Assembly (NCBI GenBank): GCA_963842525.1
Contig: CAWJGT010000014.1
Location: forward strand, 196,602 to 260,601
Length of the DNA: 64,000 nt
Direction of reading: 5' to 3'
Origin: an uncultured Holophagales bacterium
Lineage (GTDB): Bacteria; Acidobacteriota; Thermoanaerobaculia; Multivoradales; UBA5704
Shown here: one piece after another, positions 26,544 to 35,909 of the stretch
How the letters are laid out: the number at the start of each line of letters is the position of its first letter
How positions within the stretch are numbered: position 1 is the stretch's first letter
Made by a program: the position numbers and the translations under genes
Notes under the pieces: model-generated
Database searches by the model: none
What the model was told of the DNA's origin: nothing
The model's input: only the letters and a program-made list of their open reading frames with translations

Positions 26544-27338
26544 ATGGACAGTTGGATCGACAGAATCCGCGACATCAAAGACCGCGCCCTGCGCCCCTGG
26601 GACCGCGGGACCGAGCCCCTGGAGATCCGCAGGGCCGTCCTGGAGGATGCCGCCTCGCACGTCGTCGCGGCCGGCGGCGGCAAGAGGGTCTTCCCCTTCA
26701 ACCGGGTGCGAGTCCACGTCCTGGCCGGCAGCCCGCAGGAACGCGAAGAGCTCGAAGCCGTCCTCCAGGAAGCCTGGGACCTGCGGACCGACCTGGTCGA
26801 AAGGCTCCGCGAGCGCGACTGCCGTTTCCCTCCGGACCTGGACGTCACCGTCCATGTCGCGGACCAACCGACCGACGCCTTCGGCGACCGACGCTTCCGG
26901 ATCGAGTATCAGAGAGCCGAAGGCGAGCCCGCTCCCGGAGGCGGAGCCCCCCGCTCCGGCCGGCCCATCCTGGAGCTGACCGTCCTCAAAGGGACGGCAG
27001 GCCAGCACGTCTACACCTTCGAGTCGGCCGACCGCGTGACGTTGGGACGCCTCGAAGAGGTCCTGGACGAAGACGGCCGCCTCAAGCGCCGCAACGACGT
27101 GGCCTTCCTCGACGAGGGGGAAGTGAGCGCCACCGTCTCCCGCGAGCACGCCCGCATCCTCTGGGACGAGGACGCCCGCGAATACCGCATCCGCCGCGAG
27201 CCCGGAGCCTCGGGCACCCGCATCCTCCGCGACGGCCGCTCGATCGACGTCAGCGGCCAGGACCGCCGGGGCGTCAGGCTCCAGGCGGGGGACGAGGTGT
27301 GGCTGGGCAAAGCGTGTGTGAAGGTGGGGGTGCGGTAG
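26544..27338 (+). CDS. FHA-domain protein (FhaA-like architecture)
   Basis: VFPFNRVRV; VTLGR, TVSREHARI, ASGT, LQAGDEVWLG. Confidence 0.8.
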   Translation: MDSWIDRIRDIKDRALRPWDRGTEPLEIRRAVLEDAASHVVAAGGGKRVFPFNRVRVHVLAGSPQEREELEAVLQEAWDLRTDLVERLRERDCRFPPDLDVTVHVADQPTDAFGDRRFRIEYQRAEGEPAPGGGAPRSGRPILELTVLKGTAGQHVYTFESADRVTLGRLEEVLDEDGRLKRRNDVAFLDEGEVSATVSREHARILWDEDAREYRIRREPGASGTRILRDGRSIDVSGQDRRGVRLQAGDEVWLGKACVKVGVR

Positions 27339-27365
27339 GGCATCGAGGCCCGACCGCAGCCCGCC

Positions 27366-27683
27366 TCAGGGGTTGACGATCGTATTGCCCGGCTTGCGCG
27401 GCGGATCGTTCCGCGGCCGTTCCGCCACCTTCGGATTGTCGCGGAAGTCCGGGGCCAGCTCGGCGTTGATGGCGGCCCACACAGGGTCCTCGTCCTCCGT
27501 CTCGACGATGGCGCCAATGGGGCACTCGGGCAGGCAGAGACCGCAGTCGATGCACACCTCCGGATCGATGATCATGAATTCCTCACCCTGGTAGTCGCCA
27601 GGGTGGATGCAGTCGACGGGACAGACATCCACACAGGTCGCGTAGCGCTCGCCCAGGCACTTCTCCGTAATCACGTAGGACAT
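27366..27683 (-). CDS. dicluster ferredoxin (FdxA-like)
   Basis: CLGERYATCVDVCPVDC and CIDCGLCLPECP; AAAGGAG RBS. Confidence 0.92.
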   Translation of the reverse strand: MSYVITEKCLGERYATCVDVCPVDCIHPGDYQGEEFMIIDPEVCIDCGLCLPECPIGAIVETEDEDPVWAAINAELAPDFRDNPKVAERPRNDPPRKPGNTIVNP

Positions 27684-27754
27684 GGAAGCTCCTTTCGGCT
27701 TCAGGAAACCGGGGGGATTATAACCTGAGTCCGGGCCGACTTCGGGGCATCAAC

Positions 27755-27840
27755 GGATCTGGCGAGGAAGTCTTCCAAGTCGACATCGGCGTCGTGCAAA
27801 GCCCCCCGCAAGGTGGACCGGTCGATCTCCTGGTGGGAGC
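27755..27840 (-). pseudogene. possible HicA-toxin C-terminal remnant
   Basis: HQEIDRSTLRGALHDADVDLEDFL resembles the HicA C-terminal helices; no N-terminus. Confidence 0.4.
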
Positions 27841-27902
27841 GCGATGACCTCGCGGTTCTCGGGGGCATGAGCCCGCCAGAGTGATAGGCTCTCTCTGTTG
27901 CC

Positions 27903-29471
27903 ATGGCTCGTTTTTTCAATACCGCCGGTCCCTGCGAGCCCTCCAGCCACTACATGCTGCCCCCGGAAAAGCGCCTTCCCGAGGTTGGCAACCTGATTGA
28001 CCGCGCGCAGTACTTCGTCCTGCACGCCCCGCGGCAGTCCGGCAAGACGACCGTGGTCCGCACCCTGGCCCACAGCCTCACCGCGGGAGGCCGCTATGCC
28101 GCCGTCTACACCAACTGTGAGACCGCCCAGCCGGCTGGAGCCGACGTGGAACGGGGCGTCAGCGCGATCCTGGAGGCCCTCGCGGCTCAGGGCGAACGCC
28201 TCGCACCGGAGCTGCGGCCCGATCCCTTGGAGACCTTCCAGGGCGTCAAGGCGGACAGCCGTCTGGGACGATACCTCGCCGCCTGGTGCGAGCGCTCCAC
28301 CCGGCCGGTCGTGCTCTTCCTCGACGAGATCGACGCCCTGCGGGACGAAACCCTGCTTTCCGTCCTGCGTCAGATCCGCGCCGGCTACGCGGAGCGGCCC
28401 GCGCACTTTCCTCACGCCCTGGCCTTGATCGGGTTGCGCGACGTGCGCGACTACCGCATCCGCCTCCGGCCCGAAGCCGAAAGCCTCGGCACCTCCTCGC
28501 CGTTCAACATCAAAGTCCGCTCCCTGACCCTTTCCAACTTCACACGGGACGAGGTCGCCGGGCTCTACGGCCAACACACGGCGGAATCCGGCCAGACCTT
28601 TGCACCCGGCGCCGTCGACCTGGCCTGGGAGCTGACGCGGGGCCAGCCCTGGCTGGTAAATGCCCTCGCCGCCGAAGTGGTCGACGAGCTCTTGCCCGAC
28701 CGGACGGTTACCATCCAGCCGCACCACATCGAACGCGCCAGGGAGATCCTCATCGAGCGCCGGGACACGCACCTGGACTCGCTGATCGACCGCCTGCGCG
28801 AGCCCCGGGTGCGGCGCGTCCTCGAGCCGATCCTGGCCGGCGAATTCCTCCCCCCCGACCTGCCGGACGACGACGTCCAATTCGTGAAGGACCTGGGCCT
28901 CATCGCCTCCGGGCTCCGCGGGCTTGAGATCGCCAATCCGATCTACCGGGAAGTCATCCCACGGGCCCTGACCTGGGTCCTCCAGGAAACCCTGCCGGTG
29001 GCCCGGGCGCCCTTCATCGCTCCGGATGGAAAGCTGCGCACAGACCGCCTCCTCGCCGGCTTCCGCGCCTTCTGGTGTGAGCACGCGGAATTCTTCCTGA
29101 GCCGGCAGCCCTACTCCGAAGCCGCGGCCCAGCTCATCTTCATGGCCTTCCTGCAGCGCATCGTCAACGGCGGCGGGTTCATCGACCGGGAATACGGCGC
29201 CGGCAGGGGCCGGATCGACCTCTACGTCCGTTGGCCTTCGCCGGACGGTCTCCAGCGTTGGGCCATCGAGCTCAAGGTCTGGCGGGACGACCGGCCTGAC
29301 CCGCTGGAAGAAGGCCTGACCCAGCTCTCCGCCTATCTCGACCGGCTGGGCCTCGACTCCGGCACCTTGATCCTCTTCGACAGCCGCTCCAAGGCGCCCC
29401 CACTGCCGGAGCGGTGCTCGATGATGGAGGTCGAGAGAGAAGGGCAGCGCATGACGGTCGTGCGGCTGTAA
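27903..29471 (+). CDS. AAA-like P-loop ATPase with C-terminal PD-(D/E)xK nuclease-like domain
   Basis: FNTAGPC, APRQSGKTT, LFLDEID, GQPWLVN; REYGAGRGRIDL..IELK. Confidence 0.8.
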   Translation: MARFFNTAGPCEPSSHYMLPPEKRLPEVGNLIDRAQYFVLHAPRQSGKTTVVRTLAHSLTAGGRYAAVYTNCETAQPAGADVERGVSAILEALAAQGERLAPELRPDPLETFQGVKADSRLGRYLAAWCERSTRPVVLFLDEIDALRDETLLSVLRQIRAGYAERPAHFPHALALIGLRDVRDYRIRLRPEAESLGTSSPFNIKVRSLTLSNFTRDEVAGLYGQHTAESGQTFAPGAVDLAWELTRGQPWLVNALAAEVVDELLPDRTVTIQPHHIERAREILIERRDTHLDSLIDRLREPRVRRVLEPILAGEFLPPDLPDDDVQFVKDLGLIASGLRGLEIANPIYREVIPRALTWVLQETLPVARAPFIAPDGKLRTDRLLAGFRAFWCEHAEFFLSRQPYSEAAAQLIFMAFLQRIVNGGGFIDREYGAGRGRIDLYVRWPSPDGLQRWAIELKVWRDDRPDPLEEGLTQLSAYLDRLGLDSGTLILFDSRSKAPPLPERCSMMEVEREGQRMTVVRL

Positions 29472-29519
29472 GCTTGACCCAGAGAGTAAAGCTCCCTACG
29501 CTTGATCGAACAAAGAGAA

Positions 29520-29600
29520 ATGAAGACAGCCGTCGATTCCTCCGTCCTCCTGGATGTCCTGGGGGCTGATCCGCAATTCGGAGAGGCTTCGCGATCCAGG
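29520..29600 (+). pseudogene. PIN/VapC toxin N-terminal fragment
   Basis: MKTAVDSSVLLDVLGADPQFG (VDxxVL PIN start), then similarity is lost. Confidence 0.5.
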
Positions 29601-29638
29601 CGGCCGAGGCTGCGGCAGGAACATGGAACGGCAGGCTT

Positions 29639-29765
29639 GATGCAGTCGACGGGGCAGACCGCCACACAGGTCACGTAGCGCTCGCCCAGGCACTTCTCCG
29701 TGATCACGTAGGACATGGAAGCTCCTTTCGGCTTCAGGAAACCGGGGGGATTACAGCCTGGGTCG
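29639..29765 (-). repeat. diverged duplicate of the ferredoxin 5' end and upstream region (27606-27732)
   Basis: MSYVITEKCLGERYVTCVAVCPVDCI, then breaks; identical RBS/upstream tract. Confidence 0.85.
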
Positions 29766-29799
29766 GAGTGGTTCGGCCAAGCGGGTGTGCGACAGGGAA

Positions 29800-32305
29800 T
29801 TACTGCGGGAGCAGCGCTCGATAGATGGCTGCCCGGTCCTGCCTCCCCCAGGCCGAGTAGAGGTCGACGATCCGGCCAAGAGCCGCCTGGGCGTATTTGA
29901 CGCCGTCTCCGTGGTCCCCCTGCAAGGCCTTATAGCTCCGGAGGACGAGCGGCTCGGCCTCGGCGAAGCGCCCCATCCTGGCCAGGCACCCACCGAGGAC
30001 ACTCTCGGCATCAGCGACCCGCCACGACGAGGGATTTGCCTCACGCAAGATCGACACCGCTTCGCGCGCCAGCGGCTCGGCCTGAGCGGCCTTCCCCTGC
30101 GCGAGAAGAGACGTCGCGAGGTTTTTCAGATAGATCGCCCGCTCCGAGTGGTCCTTGCCAAGCCTCTCCTCCGCGATTGAGAGCGCCTCGCGATAGAGCG
30201 GCTCGGCCTCTGCATCCCGCCCCTGGACCTGGAGGGTGAAGGCGAGGTTGTTCAGGCTGCGGGCGACTCGGGGATGCCGAGGCTCGTACAGCTTGCGGCG
30301 CAGCGCCAGGATCTCACGGTACAGGCTCTCCGCCCGCACTGCATCTCCCTGGTCATCGCGGAGAGAGGCCAGGTTACTGAGCGTTGTGGCAACCTCGGGA
30401 TGGTCCGGTCCCAGGAGCTTGCGACGCATCGAGAGCGCATCCTGATAGAACCGCTCCGCCCCTGCGAAATCTCCTCGCGCATGGAGAAGGCGTCCAAGAT
30501 TGTTGAGGCTCCGGGCAACATCCTCGTGCTCGTTCCCGAGGAGGCTTTGCTTGAGCGCCAGGGACTCGCGATAGAGCCTCTCCGCAGCCTCATACTGCTC
30601 CTTCGCTTCGAGGATTGCACCCAGATCGTTGAGCGCCTTGGCGTAATCCAGCGTCTCTGTCGCATCTCGCTGCTGCTGGATACTCATTGCTTCCCGTAAA
30701 AGCGGCTCGGCCGCCGCATCCTCTCCCATTTCCCGCCGCAACACCGCCAGATTCTGGAGGCTGGCAGCGACCAGCAGATCCTTGTTTCCAAAGACTCTTC
30801 GCCGGATTTTCAGGGACTCTTCATTCAGCTTTCTCGCTGGCTCATAAAGCCCCAGATTGCGATAGACCTGCCCCATGGTGTCCATGAGCTGGGCACGGAG
30901 CTTCCGGCTGATCCTGGAGCTCCCTGGAGATCCTTTCCGTGCCACGGTCCAGCACCTCACGCGCGGTGACCGTCTCACCTCGTGACTGGCCAGGATCGGG
31001 GATCTCGAACAGCTCCTGGAGAAACTCGGAAACCGTCGCGGCCCGGTCCCGCTCGCGGACTGCGCGCTGCCAGAAGAGCGTCGCTGTGACGCTGAACCCG
31101 AGGATCAGGACCAGCACCGAAGCCGCCATCATCACTCCGACCTTGTGGCGACCGACGAATTTACGCAACCGGTAGGCGGGTGTGTCTTTGCGGGCGAGGA
31201 CAGGAAGACCGTTCAGATGGCGGTGGATGTCTGCGGCAAGCTGCTCGACCGAGGCATACCGCTCTTGCGGATCCTTGCGCATCGCCATCAGGACGATGTT
31301 GTCGAGGTCGCCGGCCAGCCGGCGGCGGAGCAGACGGGCCTCCCCTTGAGGTCCCCTCCCACCTGGAACCAGACCGGCAACCTCGCTGGGTCGCAGGGGA
31401 TCGTCCTCGCACACCGCACGGATCAGCTCCTCCCCCTCCGGAGAAGGTGAGCCATAGGGAGAACGGCCGGTCAACAGGATGTAGAGCAACACACCGAGGG
31501 CATAGACATCGCTCACGGTGGTCACCTGCTTGCCCCGGAGCTGTTCGGGGCTTGCGTACTGGGGGGTCATGGGCCGCCGGCCCAACACCGTATGAGCCGG
31601 CTCGGTGCGATCGGGGTCCAGGATCTTGGCGATCCCGAAGTCGAGCAGCTTGGGCACCCCGGCGCGGGTGACGAGGATGTTCGCCGGCTTGAGGTCCCGA
31701 TGGACCACCAGGCGCTGATGGGAGAAGTGAACCGCCGAACAGACGTCCAGGAAGAGCTCCAGCCTCTGGGAGATGGAAAGCTCTTCGGCGTCACAATACT
31801 CGTCGATGGACCGTCCCTCGACGTGCTCCATCACGAAATAGGGGCGGCCATCCTCGGTGGTGCCGCCGTCGAGAATCCTGGCAATATTGGGATGATCAAG
31901 CTGAGTGAGGATGCGCCGTTCGGACCGGAAACGTCCCAGGACCTCCTCGGAATCCATGCCCCGCCGGATGATCTTGAGAGCGAACTGCCCTTCGAAATCC
32001 CCTTCGGCCCTCTGGGCTAGATAGACCGAGCCCATGCCGCCACGGCCGATCTCGCGAACGATCCGATAAGCGGGAATCCGCTGCTCCACGGCCGGACCTT
32101 CTTCCTCTCGCACGTGGAGATCGAACAGGGGCTCCTCGATGAAATCCCCGATCTCGGCTTCCGAGGCGAGGAGCGACTCCACCTCCCGGCGCACCTCCGG
32201 GTCGTCCCGGCAGGCACCGTCGAGATAGACCGGACGTTCTGCCGGCCTGTGATCGAGGGCGCCGTCGAGAACGGCCTTGACCTGCTGCCAGCGCTCGGGT
32301 GTCAC
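29800..32305 (-). CDS. Ser/Thr kinase + TM + TPR repeats (ECF-associated type); +1 frameshift at ~30902
   Basis: MTPERWQQV, GRGGMGSVY, HRDLKPAN, DFG, YASPE; repeated SLNNLG TPRs; deleting one base gives DQPELRAQL. Confidence 0.85.
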
Positions 32306-32389
32306 CGTACCCCCGGGGCCCTCGGGCTCCCTGATGATTCTCTACGTCTCAAAACGCGAGAAGCGCGCGAGGGACGGGCCTAAGGTGTC

Positions 32390-32971
32390 CTATTTCTTGC
32401 TCAGCTCCCGATAGAGCCACAAACGGGCCGAGCTCCACTGCCGCTTTACCGTGGTGAGGGAAATCTTGAGGAGCTCGGCGATCTCTTCGTTCTTGAGCCC
32501 GGCGAAAAACCGCAACTCGACGATATGGCTCTGCCGCTTGTCGAGCTCGGCGAGCCGTGCAAGGGCGTCGTCGAGAGCGACCAGATCCAGGTTCTGGGCG
32601 TCCGCAACGTCGAGCGCCTTCTCCAGGGGGACCTTGACCACCCCATCCCCCCGCTTCTTCGTGTGGCGGCCCTTGGCATAGTCCACCAGGATCCGGCGCA
32701 TGAGCATGGCCGCGACGGCGAAGAACTGCTCCCGGTTCTGCCATTGGATCTCCCTCTGGCCCTGGAGCTTGAGGAAGACCTCGCTGACCAGGGCCGTCGG
32801 CTGAAGGGTATGGCCGGACGGCTCGCGGGCGAAGTGGCGGCGCGCCATCTGCCGCAGGTCGTCGAAGACCAGGGGCATGAGGCGCTCAAGGGCATCTGAG
32901 TCGCCGCTGCTCCAGGACTGGAGAAGCCGGGTGACGTCGGCAGAGGGGACGGGGGGAGGGGTCTCGGGCAT
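32390..32971 (-). CDS. ECF sigma-70 factor (kinase-associated, TIGR02999-like)
   Basis: VTRLLQSWSSGD, HTLQPTALV, MRRILVDYA, VELRFFAGL, TVKRQW. Confidence 0.9.
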   Translation of the reverse strand: MPETPPPVPSADVTRLLQSWSSGDSDALERLMPLVFDDLRQMARRHFAREPSGHTLQPTALVSEVFLKLQGQREIQWQNREQFFAVAAMLMRRILVDYAKGRHTKKRGDGVVKVPLEKALDVADAQNLDLVALDDALARLAELDKRQSHIVELRFFAGLKNEEIAELLKISLTTVKRQWSSARLWLYRELSKK

Positions 32972-33176
32972 GGAGGCCCGATTCTAGCAGAGGAGCAGTG
33001 GTCCATTTCACCCCGCTTTCTCGCGTCCGGCCGCCACTTGCCGGGATAGCCGCGGGTTCGCCTCAATCCTGTCTCAACAAAAATCTCCCTTCGGTGTCTC
33101 TCCAAATGAAACCCCGACAGCAGTGCAAGTCAGACACTGACCGCGGACCCCCCAGAGGTCTGCAAAGGAGATCTTC

Positions 33177-33968
33177 ATGCTCTTGAACCCAGAGTCCGAT
33201 CACACCAATGCCTCGTGGATCTGCTGTGCCGCTCTCCTTTCCATCTTCCTTCTATGTCCTCCTGCTCACGGGCAGAATCCCTGTGAGACGGCCATGGCCT
33301 CGCCCGGCAAGATGATCCACCTTTCCCATGAGGTTCCCGTTGTCGAGACGCAGGCCGTGTCGGAGTGGGAGAGCGAGGTGGTCAAATTCAGCGTCTCCCG
33401 TCCTGGCCTGATTGACATCAGCGCCAAAGGGCCTGTCTCTCAGGGAGCCCTCTATGCCGGCATGCCAGCAACCGGCAACTTCCGGCTCATCGATGGCGTG
33501 CCCGTGGGGACCGGACGCAGAGTCGCCAGAACCTATATAGAGCCGGGAGAATACTGCCTGAGAGTGGTTCCCTCACCGGGAGCCGCCGGCAACCTTGGGA
33601 TCAAAATCACCTACTCAGACCTCTGTCGGCTGGGCAAGACCGACGATCATGGCGACAACTTTTCGTGCGCCACTTCAACGGCTCCGGGCAGGATCGAGAC
33701 CGGCGCGGTGACAGCGGCCGACCAGGATCTCTTCATGTTTATGCTGACCTCCCCCGCTACGGTCAAGATCGAGAGCTTGGGAGATACAGATGTCGAGGGA
33801 AACCTCTACTCGGAGGACGGTGAGCTTCTGGTCAGCGACGACGATGGAGGGGCCGGGCTCAACTTCCTTATCCTCCAGACGCTCGCACCCGGCCGATATT
33901 TCGTAGGCGCTGCCGGCACTGACGCTGCGGAGGGCGGCTACACTGTGAGCTTCTCGGCCAAACCCTAA
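33177..33968 (+). CDS. secreted protein with PPC-like (pre-peptidase C-terminal) beta domains
   Basis: signal peptide ending AHG; DDHGD, DQDLF, SDDDGGAGLNF, LAPGRYFV. Confidence 0.7.
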   Translation: MLLNPESDHTNASWICCAALLSIFLLCPPAHGQNPCETAMASPGKMIHLSHEVPVVETQAVSEWESEVVKFSVSRPGLIDISAKGPVSQGALYAGMPATGNFRLIDGVPVGTGRRVARTYIEPGEYCLRVVPSPGAAGNLGIKITYSDLCRLGKTDDHGDNFSCATSTAPGRIETGAVTAADQDLFMFMLTSPATVKIESLGDTDVEGNLYSEDGELLVSDDDGGAGLNFLILQTLAPGRYFVGAAGTDAAEGGYTVSFSAKP

Positions 33969-34313
33969 GGCCCTCCGGGAGTGGGGTCCGGGCTCGTCCC
34001 TGGTCCACTACTTCCCGGTTCTTCGCGTTACTAGATAGAGAGGCTCTCGGACGTGTACCCAGGCATGTCCCGAGGGGGCATTGGTCCAACAGGAGCAAAG
34101 ATGCCGCAGTCCATTGGCTCAGCCCGAAGATACGTCCTGATTCTCATCGGAGGTGCCCACGAGCAGGCTCTGCTCAGCCGCCTTGCCGCCATTCATCGAT
34201 AGCAGGCGGGCGCATCTGAGCGTTCGGCAGGGGGGCAGCGGGGGGTTGCTCGGGTGAACGACGTATCTGGTCTCAGGAGTCGAGTGGATTCCCTACGGAG
34301 AGGAGAGATTATC

Positions 34314-35879
34314 ATGCGCTTGAAGGGCTTAACCGGGTTGGGTTGGACCGTGCTGATTGTGATCGCCATCCTCCTGGGGATAGGCGTCTACCTTCTCGTG
34401 GGAAAGAGACCGCCAAATGGCGAGAATGGTGACGGGACTCCTTCCCTTGTTGCAGTCGACTGCAGCAAGACCCTCCTCGGCCGTCCTTTACGAGTAGGTG
34501 TCGTCACCTGGCCCGGTTACGCCGGCGGAATCGTTGCCAACAACGGCTTCAAGCCGAACGCAGATGGTATATATTTCAGAAATTACAATTTGTGTGTCGA
34601 GTTCATGCTGATGGAGGACGTGGATGTCCGCGCCAAGGCGTTCGCCCGCGGCGGCGCAGACGGCGTCGATGTCGTCTGGTCGACGGTCGACTTCTGGGCC
34701 AATGAGCTGCCCGGCTTTCGGGATACCGATCTGAACGCCAAGGCCATCATGCAGGTCGACTGGTCGCGAGGCGGCGATGCGATCGTAGCCGACGACCGCA
34801 TCAAAAGCATCGAGGACCTGCAGGGGAAGAAGATCTCTCTCGCCTTGTTCACCCCCTCGCACTGGCTCCTTGAGTACAGTCTGCAGAACTCGCGCCTCGA
34901 CGAGGCTCAACAGTCCTCGATCGTGAAGGCGCTGGTCGGCAAGACTGCGTCTCCCGATGCCCGCGCCGATTTCGTGGCGGGACAAGTCGATGCGGCGGTC
35001 GTCTGGGAACCCGATGTCGCCGAGGCGCTCGCCAAACGAGAAAAATCCCACGTCATCCTCTCCACAAAAGAGGCGCGGAAGCTGATCGCCGACATCATGG
35101 TGGCACGGGAAGATTTCATCCGCGACCACCGCGACGTCATCAAGGCCTTCGTCGAGGGGTGGGTCGTGGATGGCACGGTCGAGGCGAACCGCCATCCGGA
35201 GACCGTCGTCCGCCTGCTGATGGAGCACGAGCCGCTGTACAAGGACATCGGCCCCGAGGTGACCCGGCAGAACCTGGCGACGGTGCGGTGGGCCGACCTA
35301 GCGGACAACGTCGAGATGTTCAACCTGGATGGCCGGGACCAGGAGCCTCTGTTCGACCGCATCTTCACCCAGGCGGGCAAGAGCTGGGTGGCCCGCGGGT
35401 ACATCAGCGCTCCGGTTGCCCCGGGCGTGGCGAAGGACGTCAGCTTTCTCCGAGAGATCTACCAGAAGAATCCCGTCGAGAGAAATCCCTTTGAGCTGCC
35501 AGAACCTAAGCCCGAAGTTGCGACCAAGGCACCGATCTCGGTGAAGCCGATCACCGTCAACTTCGCCTCGAACAGCTCCGTGCTGGACGCGGCCGCCCGG
35601 CAGGTGATCGATGAGGTCTCTCTGCTGCCCGAGACGATGTCCGGCGCCTATATCCGGGTGGAAGGCAATACGGACAACGTCGGCAAAGAGGATTACAATC
35701 GCTGGCTCAGCAAACGCCGTGCACAAGCCGTGGTGGACTACCTGATCAGCAGGTATCACCTGTCTGACCATCAGTTTGTGGTCGTCGGCCATGGGCCCGA
35801 CAAGCCCGTCGCGCCCAATGAGACCGACGAAGGCAGGCGCAGCAACCGGCGCACCGATATCAGTGTCGTCCGACGTTGA
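34314..35879 (+). CDS. membrane-anchored NMT1/SsuA-like substrate-binding protein fused to an OmpA-like domain (copy 1)
   Basis: N-terminal TM; VTWPGY, DWSRGGDAIV, DAAVVWEP; VEGNTD, LSKRRAQAV, NRRTDI. Confidence 0.85.
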   Translation: MRLKGLTGLGWTVLIVIAILLGIGVYLLVGKRPPNGENGDGTPSLVAVDCSKTLLGRPLRVGVVTWPGYAGGIVANNGFKPNADGIYFRNYNLCVEFMLMEDVDVRAKAFARGGADGVDVVWSTVDFWANELPGFRDTDLNAKAIMQVDWSRGGDAIVADDRIKSIEDLQGKKISLALFTPSHWLLEYSLQNSRLDEAQQSSIVKALVGKTASPDARADFVAGQVDAAVVWEPDVAEALAKREKSHVILSTKEARKLIADIMVAREDFIRDHRDVIKAFVEGWVVDGTVEANRHPETVVRLLMEHEPLYKDIGPEVTRQNLATVRWADLADNVEMFNLDGRDQEPLFDRIFTQAGKSWVARGYISAPVAPGVAKDVSFLREIYQKNPVERNPFELPEPKPEVATKAPISVKPITVNFASNSSVLDAAARQVIDEVSLLPETMSGAYIRVEGNTDNVGKEDYNRWLSKRRAQAVVDYLISRYHLSDHQFVVVGHGPDKPVAPNETDEGRRSNRRTDISVVRR

Positions 35880-35909
35880 CCCGCGCCATGAAGTGGCCTT
35901 CTAGAGGGG

